DNA from: an uncultured Candidatus Saccharibacteria bacterium
GTDB taxonomy: Bacteria > Patescibacteriota > Saccharimonadia > Saccharimonadales > JBBQAJ01
Assembly: GCA_964593805.1 (NCBI GenBank)
Contig: CAZQHP010000001.1
Location: 192,091 to 256,090, forward strand
Direction: 5' to 3'
Length of the DNA stretch: 64,000 nucleotides
In this document: positions 11,701 through 20,932 of the stretch, piece after piece
Numbering within the stretch: position 1 is the first letter of the stretch
Layout: each line of letters begins with the position of its first letter
The notes under the pieces: generated by a model
Seen by the model: only the letters and a program-made list of their open reading frames with translations
What the model was told of the DNA's origin: nothing
Databases searched by the model: none
Program-made: the position numbers and the translations under genes

Positions 11701-11952
11701 CGCAAAGTATCGGAGCGCAGAGAACCAAGTGCGGAAACAGCGATTGCCAAACAAAAAATCGCCCTGATGATTAATGTTCCCACCACCGTTGAAGAAGAAA
11801 CAACCGACGGCTATATCATCAGACGCCTGGCAATAGATAACCATATACCGCTACTCACCAATGCGGAAACTGGCCGGCTGCTCCTGAAATGCCTCGGCGA
11901 AAACGACTTTGCAACCCGCGAACCAAAATCATGGCAGGAGTACGTGGGCTAG
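8788..11952 (+). CDS. carB: carbamoyl-phosphate synthase large subunit
   Basis: 1054 aa. N-terminus [24 protein letters not shown], a duplicated ATP-grasp half ([19 protein letters not shown]) and an MGS-like C-terminus. Overlaps the carA stop by 4 nt. Confidence 0.95.
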   Translation: [1054 protein letters not shown]

Positions 11953-11968
11953 GAGCAAAGCGCCTAAT

Positions 11969-12490
11969 CTAATTTTCTTCCACCCAGCAAAGTAACTCAG
12001 CATTGTTTATTTTTTCTGGATGACTCATTGGATAGTCTGCTTTTAAGACACTGCGCAACGCTCGTCCAAATGAACCATGGCTTACGATTAATACATGGTC
12101 TGCCGTAAAACTATTCACCCACTCAAGAGCAGAATGAGCACGATGCACCAGCGAGTCATCATCTTCAATGCCTTCAATCTCCTCATAAGCAAGATTTGAA
12201 TGATTTAATTTTCCTTCCATTTCGCCAAAAAATCGTTCAATTAATAATGGGCTAGAACGAATTTGAGAGGGCTTATAACCAATTTCTTTGGCTACAATAC
12301 GTGCTGTTTCCAGAGTCCTTCCCAGTGGCGAAGCTACGATTAAATCAATTCCCAAACCTTTGGCCGCTTTGCCGGCTTTCTTTGCCTGAGCTCGCCCTTC
12401 ATCAGTAAGGGGGGTTTCGGTAATGCCTGCATAGTGGCCGCTTACGTTCATAACTGTTTGGCCATGGCGCATAAAGTAAAGCTTCTTCAT
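11969..12490 (-). CDS. histidine phosphatase family protein (second paralog)
   Basis: Probable start MKKLYFMRHGQT at 12490 (RHG motif), with SHGS later. The track ORF extends to 12637 and would overlap tilS. Confidence 0.8.
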   Translation of the reverse strand: MKKLYFMRHGQTVMNVSGHYAGITETPLTDEGRAQAKKAGKAAKGLGIDLIVASPLGRTLETARIVAKEIGYKPSQIRSSPLLIERFFGEMEGKLNHSNLAYEEIEGIEDDDSLVHRAHSALEWVNSFTADHVLIVSHGSFGRALRSVLKADYPMSHPEKINNAELLCWVEEN

Positions 12491-12511
12491 GGAAGCTAGT
12501 ATACTAAACTC

Positions 12512-13399
12512 ATGAGGATTTCGGTGGGGGCGGGCACGTATGTACTGGCAGTGAGCGGTGGAGTTGATTCCATGGTGCTGTTGGATTTGCTGCGCCAGCG
12601 TCCAGGTATAAAACTTATCGTAGCTCACTACGACCACGGTATTCGCGCCGATTCAGCGGCAGATAGAAAGCTGGTTCAGGAGGTCGCAAAAAAACATGGC
12701 CTGGCTTTTGTGCACAAAGCCGGCAAGCTGGGGCATCAGACCAGCGAAGCAAAAGCCCGGACGGCTCGTTATAAATTTCTAGAAAGCGTAAAACGCGCCA
12801 GCGGAGCCAAGGCCATTATTACCGCCCATCACCAAGACGATGTACTGGAAACCGCCATCATTAACATGCTAAGAGGCAGTGGCCGCCGCGGGCTAACTTC
12901 TCTCAAAAGCGTAGACGGACTTTTGCGTCCGTTGGCAGGGCACACCAAAGATCAGATTCTTGATTACGCAGAAGAACACGCGCTATTATGGCGCGAAGAC
13001 AAAACCAACGCGGACACCAAATACCTGCGTAACTATATAAGGCTAAATGTCTTGCCAAAATTTACAGACGGCCAACGCGCCCAGTTGGTTATATTGCTCG
13101 AGCGTTTGCGGACTATCAACGATGAACTTGACGCCCACTTAACGGGTCTGCTGCACACGCAGCCAGCTTTGAACCAACTAGACAGAGCGTGGTTTATCTG
13201 TCTGCCGCATGACGTCGCCAAAGAAATCCTGCATGCTTGGCTAAAGCGCCACGGCGCGCGAGACGTGACAAAGAAAACCATTGAACGGCTGATTGTGGCT
13301 ATGAAAACCGGCAAAAACGGTCAGCATTTTGATGTGGACAACAGATACAGAGTCTCCATCAAACGTGATATTTTGGCACTCGTGCCTAGAGACCGCTAG
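12512..13399 (+). CDS. tilS: tRNA(Ile)-lysidine synthase, short form
   Basis: PP-loop SGGVDSMVLL and an N-type ATP-pyrophosphatase domain. 295 aa, so it lacks the long C-terminal domain. Confidence 0.8.
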   Translation: MRISVGAGTYVLAVSGGVDSMVLLDLLRQRPGIKLIVAHYDHGIRADSAADRKLVQEVAKKHGLAFVHKAGKLGHQTSEAKARTARYKFLESVKRASGAKAIITAHHQDDVLETAIINMLRGSGRRGLTSLKSVDGLLRPLAGHTKDQILDYAEEHALLWREDKTNADTKYLRNYIRLNVLPKFTDGQRAQLVILLERLRTINDELDAHLTGLLHTQPALNQLDRAWFICLPHDVAKEILHAWLKRHGARDVTKKTIERLIVAMKTGKNGQHFDVDNRYRVSIKRDILALVPRDR

Positions 13400-13433
13400 C
13401 AATCAGAGGCGACTGCTGTATAATAAATCCAAC

Positions 13434-15305
13434 ATGGACAAGAAACCTTTCAGAAGCAACTCAAGCGGCAAAAACCAAGGCCGCGGCGGCATGAAAAATT
13501 TTGGTTTTTTAGCGCTTTTAGCGCTATTTGGCTTGATTGTGTGGGCAAGTTTCTCGCAGACGGCTCAAAAGCCCCAACTGCCGTTTAACGAAGTTATCAA
13601 CCAAGCCAATGCCGGCCAGATTCAAAAAATTGAAGTCGTGGGCGATGAGCTAAAAGTCTACAAGAACAAAGACGACAAAGAGCCGTCTGACTTGTCGCGC
13701 AAAGAACCAGGTTCCAGCATTTATGAACAGGGCTTGACCAATAAAGACATACAGATTGTTAACCAGCCAGAGTCAAACAGCGGAGCAACATGGGCTAACA
13801 TTGGCGTTTCTATATTGCCAGTTTTGGTTATCAGCATGGTGCTTTTTTTCATGCTCAGGAGCGCACAGGGCCAAGGCAACCAGGCCATGAGCTTTGGCAA
13901 AAGCCGGGCACGTTTGTACGGCAACGAAAAAGACAAAGTAACATTTAAAGAAATTGCCGGGTCGGATGAAGCCAAGCAGGATCTGGAAGAAATAGTAGAA
14001 TTCCTTAAATTTCCTAAAAAATTTGAATCAGTTGGCGCCAAGATTCCAAAAGGCGTTATGCTGGTCGGGCCGCCCGGAACAGGCAAAACATTGCTCTCGC
14101 GGGCTGTTGCTGGCGAAGCTGGCGTCCCGTTTTTTAGTATTTCTGGTTCTGAGTTCGTAGAAATGTTCGTAGGCGTTGGGGCGTCAAGGGTACGTGATTT
14201 GTTTGCCAAAGCCAAGAAAAACGCGCCCTGCATAATTTTTGTAGATGAAATTGACGCCGTAGGGCGCCGCCGCGGTTCCGGCATGGGCGGCGGGCACGAC
14301 GAACGCGAACAAACGCTAAACCAGATTTTGGTAGAAATGGATGGTTTTGAGCAAGGCACCAACGTGATTGTACTAGCGGCTACTAACCGTTCCGACGTGC
14401 TGGATCCAGCGCTTTTGCGTCCCGGGCGCTTTGACCGCCGGGTAAACATTGATCTTCCGGACCGCAAAGACCGCGAAGCAATCCTGAAAGTGCACTTTGC
14501 CAAAAAACCGCTTGATAGCGGTGTAGATTTGGATGCCCTGGCTGCTAAAACTGCCGGCAGCAGCGGGGCGGACTTGGCCAACATTGCCAACGAAGCGGCC
14601 ATAATTGCCGCTCGGCATGACCGCAAAACTATCACCCAGACAGATGTGACGTCGGCCTTTGAAAAAGTAGCCATTGGCCCGGAGCGCAAAACCAAGATTA
14701 TGAACGACAAAGAAAAGGAACTGACAGCCTATCATGAGGCTGGCCACGCCATAGTCGGACACGTTTTGCCGGACAGCGACATGGTACACAAAGTTACTAT
14801 TATCCCGCGCGGCGGTACGGGCGGCGTAACATGGTTTATACCGCCGGAAGACAAAAGCTACCACAGCATTATTGAATACAAAGATGTCCTGGCACGCATG
14901 CTCGGCGGGCGCATTGCCGAAGAAGTAGTTTATGGTACCGACCGGGTTACTACCGGCGCTGGCAACGACCTGCAAAAAGCCGCTGAACTAGCCCGGGAAA
15001 TGATTGTCAACCAAGGCATGGGCAAAAAACTGCGAGACCAAGTTTTCCACGTAGAAGAAGGCATTATGCTGGAACGCGTTATGCATGAGAGGCAGTATTC
15101 TGACGAAACGGCCAAAATCATCGACGATGAAGTAGAGAACTTGATTACAGAGGCCGCCAACCGCGCCCGGGTAGTGATAAAAGCCAACCTGGACAAGCTG
15201 AAAGTCCTCAAAGACGCGCTGCTAGAAAAAGAAACCGTAGAAGCCGAACAGGTCTTGGAACTCCTCAAAGGTTCCAAAATGCCCAAAGAAGCCACCCTGT
15301 ACTAA
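13434..15305 (+). CDS. ftsH: ATP-dependent zinc metalloprotease FtsH
   Basis: Walker [11 protein letters not shown], zinc site HEAGHA, two N-terminal TM segments. Start taken as MDKKPF at 13434; the track ORF begins at 13329, inside tilS. Confidence 0.95.
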   Translation: MDKKPFRSNSSGKNQGRGGMKNFGFLALLALFGLIVWASFSQTAQKPQLPFNEVINQANAGQIQKIEVVGDELKVYKNKDDKEPSDLSRKEPGSSIYEQGLTNKDIQIVNQPESNSGATWANIGVSILPVLVISMVLFFMLRSAQGQGNQAMSFGKSRARLYGNEKDKVTFKEIAGSDEAKQDLEEIVEFLKFPKKFESVGAKIPKGVMLVGPPGTGKTLLSRAVAGEAGVPFFSISGSEFVEMFVGVGASRVRDLFAKAKKNAPCIIFVDEIDAVGRRRGSGMGGGHDEREQTLNQILVEMDGFEQGTNVIVLAATNRSDVLDPALLRPGRFDRRVNIDLPDRKDREAILKVHFAKKPLDSGVDLDALAAKTAGSSGADLANIANEAAIIAARHDRKTITQTDVTSAFEKVAIGPERKTKIMNDKEKELTAYHEAGHAIVGHVLPDSDMVHKVTIIPRGGTGGVTWFIPPEDKSYHSIIEYKDVLARMLGGRIAEEVVYGTDRVTTGAGNDLQKAAELAREMIVNQGMGKKLRDQVFHVEEGIMLERVMHERQYSDETAKIIDDEVENLITEAANRARVVIKANLDKLKVLKDALLEKETVEAEQVLELLKGSKMPKEATLY

Positions 15306-15359
15306 AAAGTAGCGTTCACCGCTGGTTCCTAGTTCCCAGTTCCTCTATACTAATACTGG

Positions 15360-16946
15360 ATGAATCGAATATTAAGTAGAGCCAACAAACGCGTTTCATT
15401 AGGCGGTGCGGCGACGTTGCTGATTTTTGTGGCGTTAGCCGGCCAGATGCTTGGTTTTCTGCGCAATCGCCTAATTAGTGCTAACTTTACGCAGCTTGAT
15501 CCCGGTTCTACGGACGCCTTTTTTGCTGCTTTCCAAATTCCGGACTTCTTTTTCTATACTATTGCCGCCGGCGCACTGGGCGTGGCGTTTGTGCCGTTTT
15601 TGTCAGACCACTTAGAACGAGGCGACCAAAAAGGCGTATGGGAATTGGTAACCAGTATTTTAAACATGCTGGCAATTGTAATGTTATTTGTAGCCGCCAT
15701 AATTTTTGTTTTTGCCGAACCTTTGATCCACTACATTGTTGCTCCAAAACTTGCGGGCGAAAACTTGCACCAAGCGGTTATTATCATGCGCTTTATAGCG
15801 CTGAACCCGCTGCTTTTTACTTTGTCCGGCGTGCTTACTAGCGTACAGCAAACTTTTGGCAGGTTTTTCTTCTACGCTCTAGCTCCTCTGTTCTATAACC
15901 TATCAATTATTTTTAGCGTTTATTTATTTAAATACAACTTAGGCATTATAGGCCTAGGCTTGGGGGCGCTAATTGGCGGGTTGTTACAACTGTTCGTTGC
16001 TTGCCTCGGCTTATATGGATTGCGTTTTCGGTGGCGGCCAACAATTATTTGGCGTAGCCGTGATTTTCACAGCATACTGCGCCAGTTGCCGCCACGATCG
16101 GTAGACCAAGGCATTGACCAGATAAACAGCATTGTAGAAACTAACCGCGCTGCTCATCTTGGCGTCGGTGCAATTAGCTCATACAACTACGCGCTAACTC
16201 TGATGAACGTGCCGGTGGCTCTTGTCGGCACATCAATAGCAACAGCGGCTTTCCCGCGGCTAACTGCCCGCCTATCCCAAAACCGATCTGACCTTTTTCG
16301 CAGCGAATTTTTAGTCATCTTGCGAACCATGATTTGGGTTACCATGCCGATTTTAGTAGTTTGTTTCTTCTGCCGAGCTTACCTGGCGCGGCTGCTTTTC
16401 AGTAGTGTTGCACCGCAAGTTTCACTGATTTTCGGCTACCTGACGGTTGCTATATTTTTCCGTATCATTTATAGCATTATTTCTCGTTGGTTTTACGCCC
16501 AGAAAGATACCAAGACCCCGTTGTTGGTATCTGTTTTTGCTATTGTTTTGAATATTATTTTAGCGTTTCAGCTGGCAAATCCAGAGGCTTATGGCGTCGC
16601 CGGCCTGGCCATGGCTCAATCATTGGTGGCTATGAGCGAAGTCGCAATACTGCTAGTCGTAATGCTTGTGCGAGACCATAGGTTGTTGAATATTGAATTC
16701 TGGAGCGGGATTGGGCGTATCCTGTCCGTTACGGGGTTTAGCGTGCTGGCCGCTTTTATCATGATTTCCATCTTCCCGCTCACAGTTACGGACACGGGCA
16801 TAGTAACGCTGGGTACCAAACTGGGTAGCATATCTCTAGTCACTTTTTTGGTTCACTTCGGGATTTCGTCTTTGTTTGACCTGGCCGAAGTTCGTCCGGT
16901 TATTGAAAAGACCAAACAATTTATCCTGCGCCCGGTTAAACTTTAG
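15360..16946 (+). CDS. murJ: lipid II flippase MurJ/MviN
   Basis: 528-aa polytopic membrane protein with MurJ-type N-terminus (...FLRNRLISANF...) and MOP-superfamily topology. Confidence 0.85.
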   Translation: MNRILSRANKRVSLGGAATLLIFVALAGQMLGFLRNRLISANFTQLDPGSTDAFFAAFQIPDFFFYTIAAGALGVAFVPFLSDHLERGDQKGVWELVTSILNMLAIVMLFVAAIIFVFAEPLIHYIVAPKLAGENLHQAVIIMRFIALNPLLFTLSGVLTSVQQTFGRFFFYALAPLFYNLSIIFSVYLFKYNLGIIGLGLGALIGGLLQLFVACLGLYGLRFRWRPTIIWRSRDFHSILRQLPPRSVDQGIDQINSIVETNRAAHLGVGAISSYNYALTLMNVPVALVGTSIATAAFPRLTARLSQNRSDLFRSEFLVILRTMIWVTMPILVVCFFCRAYLARLLFSSVAPQVSLIFGYLTVAIFFRIIYSIISRWFYAQKDTKTPLLVSVFAIVLNIILAFQLANPEAYGVAGLAMAQSLVAMSEVAILLVVMLVRDHRLLNIEFWSGIGRILSVTGFSVLAAFIMISIFPLTVTDTGIVTLGTKLGSISLVTFLVHFGISSLFDLAEVRPVIEKTKQFILRPVKL

Positions 16947-17139
16947 GCTTTTCTGACGGGGGTTGGCTAGCGGCAAGTTCTATGACTTTTGCCGAAGCTG
17001 GGCGGTCAAACGTTTCTATTGATGTAGGGGGGCGAAGCCCAACTGCTGCTTCAAACGCCTTTCCCTGGGCAGTAAAGTCATGCGATTTGGCAAATTCTTT
17101 ATCCGAACCTGGGTTTTTGGGGATTCTTTCATATTGCAT
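16936..17139 (-). CDS. small hypothetical protein
   Basis: ORF with probable start MQYERIPKNPGS. Convergent with murJ, overlapping its end by 11 nt. No family recognised. Confidence 0.3.
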   Translation of the reverse strand: MQYERIPKNPGSDKEFAKSHDFTAQGKAFEAAVGLRPPTSIETFDRPASAKVIELAASQPPSEKPKV

Positions 17140-17204
17140 AATTATATTATAGCATACAAAGTAAAGTTTTGTCAATTCTAACAGAGATGCTACACTGATA
17201 CGAC

Positions 17205-18983
17205 ATGACCCAACAAAACATACGCAACTTTTGCATAATTGCTCATATTGATCACGGCAAGTCCACGCTGGCGGATCGTTTGCTGGAGCTTACTGGCACT
17301 GTGCAAAAACGCGACATGAAAGCCCAGATGCTGGACAAAATGGACTTGGAGCGCGAAAAGGGCATAACTATCAAGCTCGCCCCCGTGAGAATGAAGTACA
17401 AAGACTATGAGTTGAACTTAATTGACACCCCAGGACACGTAGATTTTAGCTACGAAGTTTCGCGTAGCTTGCAGGCCTGCGAAGGCGCAATTTTGGTGGT
17501 TGACGCTAGCCAGGGCATACAAGCCCAAACTTTAGCCAACGTATATTTGGCCCTTGCCGCCAACCTAACTATTATTCCGGTGCTTAATAAGATTGATTTA
17601 CCGGCCGCTAATGCAGAAAAGGTTAGTGCAGAAATTATAAGTTTACTGGGTTGCAAGCAGGAAGATATCTTGCAAATTTCAGCCAAAACCGGCGAGGGTG
17701 TCGAGTCAGTTTTGGAACAAGTTGTGAAGCGCGTACCAGCACCTGGGAGTAGTCAGACCCAGTTGACTCGGGCGCTTATTTTTGACAGTTATTATGATGA
17801 CTACCGAGGCGTGGTTTTATATGTGAGGGTATTTGATGGAGCGATTTCAAAAAATAGCCAAATAAAAATGATGGCCACGGATGCCAACGGTATTGCGCTA
17901 GAGGTCGGTGCGCTAAAGCCGCAGATGACACCGCTGCAAAAACTTAATAATGGCGAGATTGGCTACATAGTGACGAATCTCAAAAGTACCCGTGAAGCCA
18001 AGGTGGGGGACACCGTTACTTTGGCGGCCAACCCAGCCAGTGAGCAGTTACCGGGCTACAAAGAAGTGTTGCCGTTTGTGTACGCCGGATTTTTCCCAGA
18101 GAGCAATGACAAATACCAAGAGCTCAAAGATGCCGTAGAAAAATTAAGCCTTAGTGATTCGGCCCTGCAGTACGTACCAGAAAACTCCCCGGTGCTGGGT
18201 TTTGGCGTGCGAATAGGTTTCCTTGGACTGCTTCACATGGACATTGTAAAAGAGCGCTTGGAACGTGAATATGACCTGGAACTGGTGGTCACAAATCCGT
18301 CTACCGACTACCAAGTAACGCTCAACAACGGCGAGGAAATAGACATAAAATCAGCCAGTGAACTGCCAGACATGTCGTTGGTGCGGGAAATCCGTGAGCC
18401 GTGGGTAAACGCCGAAATAATTGTGCCGGACGAATACGTGGGAGGAGTTATACAGCTAATTGCTAGCAAACGCGGCCTGCAGAAAAACCTCAGCTACGTA
18501 GACAAGCGGGCGCTAATTGCTTTTGAAGCGCCGCTGGCAAACTTGCTGACAGATTTTTACGATCAGCTCAAGAGCGCGACCAGTGGCTACGGCAGTTTTA
18601 ATTACGAACTTTCTGATTACCGCACGGAAGACCTTGTACGCGTGGACTTTTACATAGCCGGAGAAATAGTTAACGCGTTAAGTATTATGGTGCACCGTAG
18701 TGAGGCACAAAAAATTGGGCGAGAAGTTGTAGAAAAACTAAAAGAAGTCATACCGCGCCAAAACTTTCAGGTTGCCCTGCAGGCGGCAATTGGCGGCAAA
18801 TTCATCGCCCGCGAAGATCTGAGCGCCTACCGCAAAGATGTAACTACCGGTTTGTACGGCGGCGACGTATCCCGCAAGAAAAAAGTGCTAGCCAAACAAG
18901 CCAAGGGCAAAAAACGCATGAAACGTTTCGGCAAAGTGGACATCCCGGCCGAAGCCTTTACGGTGATGTTAAAACGCGACTAA
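17205..18983 (+). CDS. lepA: elongation factor 4 (LepA)
   Basis: G-domain AHIDHGKSTLADR, DTPGHVDF and NKIDL motifs, plus the LepA C-terminal domain. 592 aa. Confidence 0.95.
   Translation: MTQQNIRNFCIIAHIDHGKSTLADRLLELTGTVQKRDMKAQMLDKMDLEREKGITIKLAPVRMKYKDYELNLIDTPGHVDFSYEVSRSLQACEGAILVVDASQGIQAQTLANVYLALAANLTIIPVLNKIDLPAANAEKVSAEIISLLGCKQEDILQISAKTGEGVESVLEQVVKRVPAPGSSQTQLTRALIFDSYYDDYRGVVLYVRVFDGAISKNSQIKMMATDANGIALEVGALKPQMTPLQKLNNGEIGYIVTNLKSTREAKVGDTVTLAANPASEQLPGYKEVLPFVYAGFFPESNDKYQELKDAVEKLSLSDSALQYVPENSPVLGFGVRIGFLGLLHMDIVKERLEREYDLELVVTNPSTDYQVTLNNGEEIDIKSASELPDMSLVREIREPWVNAEIIVPDEYVGGVIQLIASKRGLQKNLSYVDKRALIAFEAPLANLLTDFYDQLKSATSGYGSFNYELSDYRTEDLVRVDFYIAGEIVNALSIMVHRSEAQKIGREVVEKLKEVIPRQNFQVALQAAIGGKFIAREDLSAYRKDVTTGLYGGDVSRKKKVLAKQAKGKKRMKRFGKVDIPAEAFTVMLKRD
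18888..18982 (+). repeat. direct repeat copy 1 (functional 3' end of lepA)
   Basis: ctagccaaacaagccaagggcaaaaaacgcatgaaacgtttcggcaaagtggacatcccggccgaagcctttacggtgatgttaaaacgcgacta recurs 1820 bp downstream at 20708..20802. The only differences are c/t at 18975/20795 and the stop codon (taa versus tag). Confidence 0.95.
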
Positions 18984-19077
18984 CAGCCGATACTGAACAA
19001 TAAGTCGTTCTGCTTCGTCCCACTAGAAGTATATAAAAGCTTATGTTAGTATATGCTTAATAATCAAAGGTGAGCCA

Positions 19078-20700
19078 ATGCCGAGTAAAAGAAAACAGTC
19101 AAGATATAACCTGTCGTTTAACAAAAAGAAAAGCAAAAAATCCAGATCCTCGTTATTCAGACCCCTTTTGAGTAGACGGTCACTTTTCGTTCTTCTTTTC
19201 GCAGCCGTTGGTGCTGCTGTAGTAATCATCTCTAGTGCTTTAACCTCGGGATTTAGTTTTTCTGGTCAAGTTACTGACAAAAATCCAACAAAATCTTTTA
19301 CTGTAACTTCTCCTGCGGTAGGCACTCTTAAAGCAAATCTGTCTTGGGACCGAACTACTACACTAAATCTAAAAATTGAAGACCCTTCTGGCGCTGTAGT
19401 GTACAACCAGTCTGCAGACAAATCACCTATCAGTACAACTGTTTCCACAACCAAAGGAAGCTACAGGATTTATGTTTCAAAAGTAGGTGGCTGGAATTCC
19501 AAGTTTAGTCTTACGGGCGACATAACTACGCCAGACCCTGATAGTACAGGTCCATTGGTAAGCTTTTCTGCGCCTACGAATGGAGCAACCGTAGCCGGTG
19601 GTGTACCTGTGCAGGCTACCGCCTCACACTCCTCCGGTATAACTAAAATCGATTTTCTTATAGATAATTCAGTTTATCGATCGGAAAGCCAGTCGCCATA
19701 CTGTATGGCGGGCGATAGCGGCGGGGCATGCTTCGCTTGGGATAGCAAAACAGTTTCTGACGGCCAACACACTTTGAGCGCTGTAGCATACGCAGGCAAT
19801 GGCCAAACTACGCGTACTGACATCACAATTACTGTTGCCAATAATTCCACAACTACGCCGCCGCCTACAACCGGAGGCGGAGGGAGCGGTACGTTGTCGT
19901 GGGCGCCTCCGGCAAACTGGAATAACTTTACTACCAAGACTGTGCCAGCAAGCGGCGGAACTATTAGCTTAGCTAATGACACAGACTATAAACTGGTTGC
20001 ACCCGAAATAATTACAGGGCCTGTAACTATCACAGGTGGCCGCAATATCGTCTGGATTGGCGGTGTCTTTGGTGGCCGGACTACCATGCCGTCTGGTTCT
20101 TACGACTCTACAAATAGGGGAATAAGATTATATGATGGCGCTGACGTTGCGCGGACTGTCCACTTCGAAGGTTTATGGTTTAAGCCAGGCACATATTTGT
20201 CGGACGCCATTCAGATTGCAATTCGCAGCAATAACAGCGTAAGGGTAGTTGTCCAGAACGTGCGCGTAGACTCATATACTTACGGTACCCAAGCAGGAGT
20301 GCATGCCGATACAATCCAAGCATGGGGCGGGCCGACGACATTACTAATCGACAGCCTAACCGCAAAAAATGTCACTTACCAGGGCTTTTACCTGGATCCC
20401 CAGGACGGTCGAACATTGCCGACTGGAAGTCGTGAAGCGTGGGTAACTCGGCGAGTAAATCTTGAAGGTAATTCCGCTTTGACTGGCAGTACAAGCTATA
20501 TGCTGACCAACCGAAGACCCGATTTTACCAATATGATTAACGACCGTGTCTATACAAACGGCTCAAGTAAAAACTCGACTGACACCTACGCGAACTGGCC
20601 AAGCGCCGGATTGACACAAAATGCGACTCCCCCTGGCGGAGACTGGGTACCAGCATCGCTTTGGATAGGCACAACATATACTTCACCCGGATATCAATAA
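19078..20700 (+). CDS. secreted/anchored protein with PPC-like and Ig-like domains and a possible beta-helix C-terminal region
   Basis: 540 aa. Basic N-terminus plus a hydrophobic segment ([20 protein letters not shown]). A bacterial Ig-like stretch ([37 protein letters not shown]...HTLSAVAY). A Thr/Pro/Gly linker. RBS aaaggtgag lies upstream. Function unknown. Confidence 0.7.
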   Translation: MPSKRKQSRYNLSFNKKKSKKSRSSLFRPLLSRRSLFVLLFAAVGAAVVIISSALTSGFSFSGQVTDKNPTKSFTVTSPAVGTLKANLSWDRTTTLNLKIEDPSGAVVYNQSADKSPISTTVSTTKGSYRIYVSKVGGWNSKFSLTGDITTPDPDSTGPLVSFSAPTNGATVAGGVPVQATASHSSGITKIDFLIDNSVYRSESQSPYCMAGDSGGACFAWDSKTVSDGQHTLSAVAYAGNGQTTRTDITITVANNSTTTPPPTTGGGGSGTLSWAPPANWNNFTTKTVPASGGTISLANDTDYKLVAPEIITGPVTITGGRNIVWIGGVFGGRTTMPSGSYDSTNRGIRLYDGADVARTVHFEGLWFKPGTYLSDAIQIAIRSNNSVRVVVQNVRVDSYTYGTQAGVHADTIQAWGGPTTLLIDSLTAKNVTYQGFYLDPQDGRTLPTGSREAWVTRRVNLEGNSALTGSTSYMLTNRRPDFTNMINDRVYTNGSSKNSTDTYANWPSAGLTQNATPPGGDWVPASLWIGTTYTSPGYQ

Positions 20701-20707
20701 TAAGGTC

Positions 20708-20803
20708 CTAGCCAAACAAGCCAAGGGCAAAAAACGCATGAAACGTTTCGGCAAAGTGGACATCCCGGCCGAAGCCTTTACGGTGATGTTAAAATGCGAC
20801 TAG
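20708..20803 (+). pseudogene. orphan duplicate of the last ~95 nt of lepA (direct repeat copy 2)
   Basis: Near-identical to 18888..18983. It has no upstream lepA body and is followed by the only terminator-like hairpin in the region. Confidence 0.9.
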
Positions 20804-20811
20804 TTCAAAAA

Positions 20812-20850
20812 AGCCTTGTGGAATTACGAGAACCCCACAAGGCTATTTTA
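20812..20850 (+). terminator. putative intrinsic terminator (probably the ancestral lepA terminator)
   Basis: agccttgtgg (20812..20821) pairs with ccacaaggct (20835..20844) and is followed by atttta. Confidence 0.5.
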
Positions 20851-20932
20851 GGCGTATTTGTTTGCTCTTATGCTACACCCATGTGTCAACAAATGCACCT
20901 CTTTTTTATGTGTCTTTGTATGTCTTCAGGGG

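Noticed and set aside
13721-14710. Long antisense ORFs inside conserved genes. Examples: 13721..14710 and 14373..14975 in ftsH; 9067..9765 in carB; 26326..27105 and 26484..27392 in dnaJ; 54694..55407 and 55673..56209 in rny; 24450..25286 in dnaK.
   Set aside because: They lie opposite genes with unambiguous family motifs. Their sequences are low-complexity, rich in Ser, Arg, Ala and Pro, as expected of reverse frames of GC-balanced coding DNA. They lack plausible RBS context.
18888-20803. A diversity-generating retroelement (template/variable repeat pair) as the explanation for the 95-bp duplication.
   Set aside because: The two copies differ at only two positions and show no adenine-specific substitutions. 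There is no reverse transcriptase nearby. One copy is simply the end of lepA.
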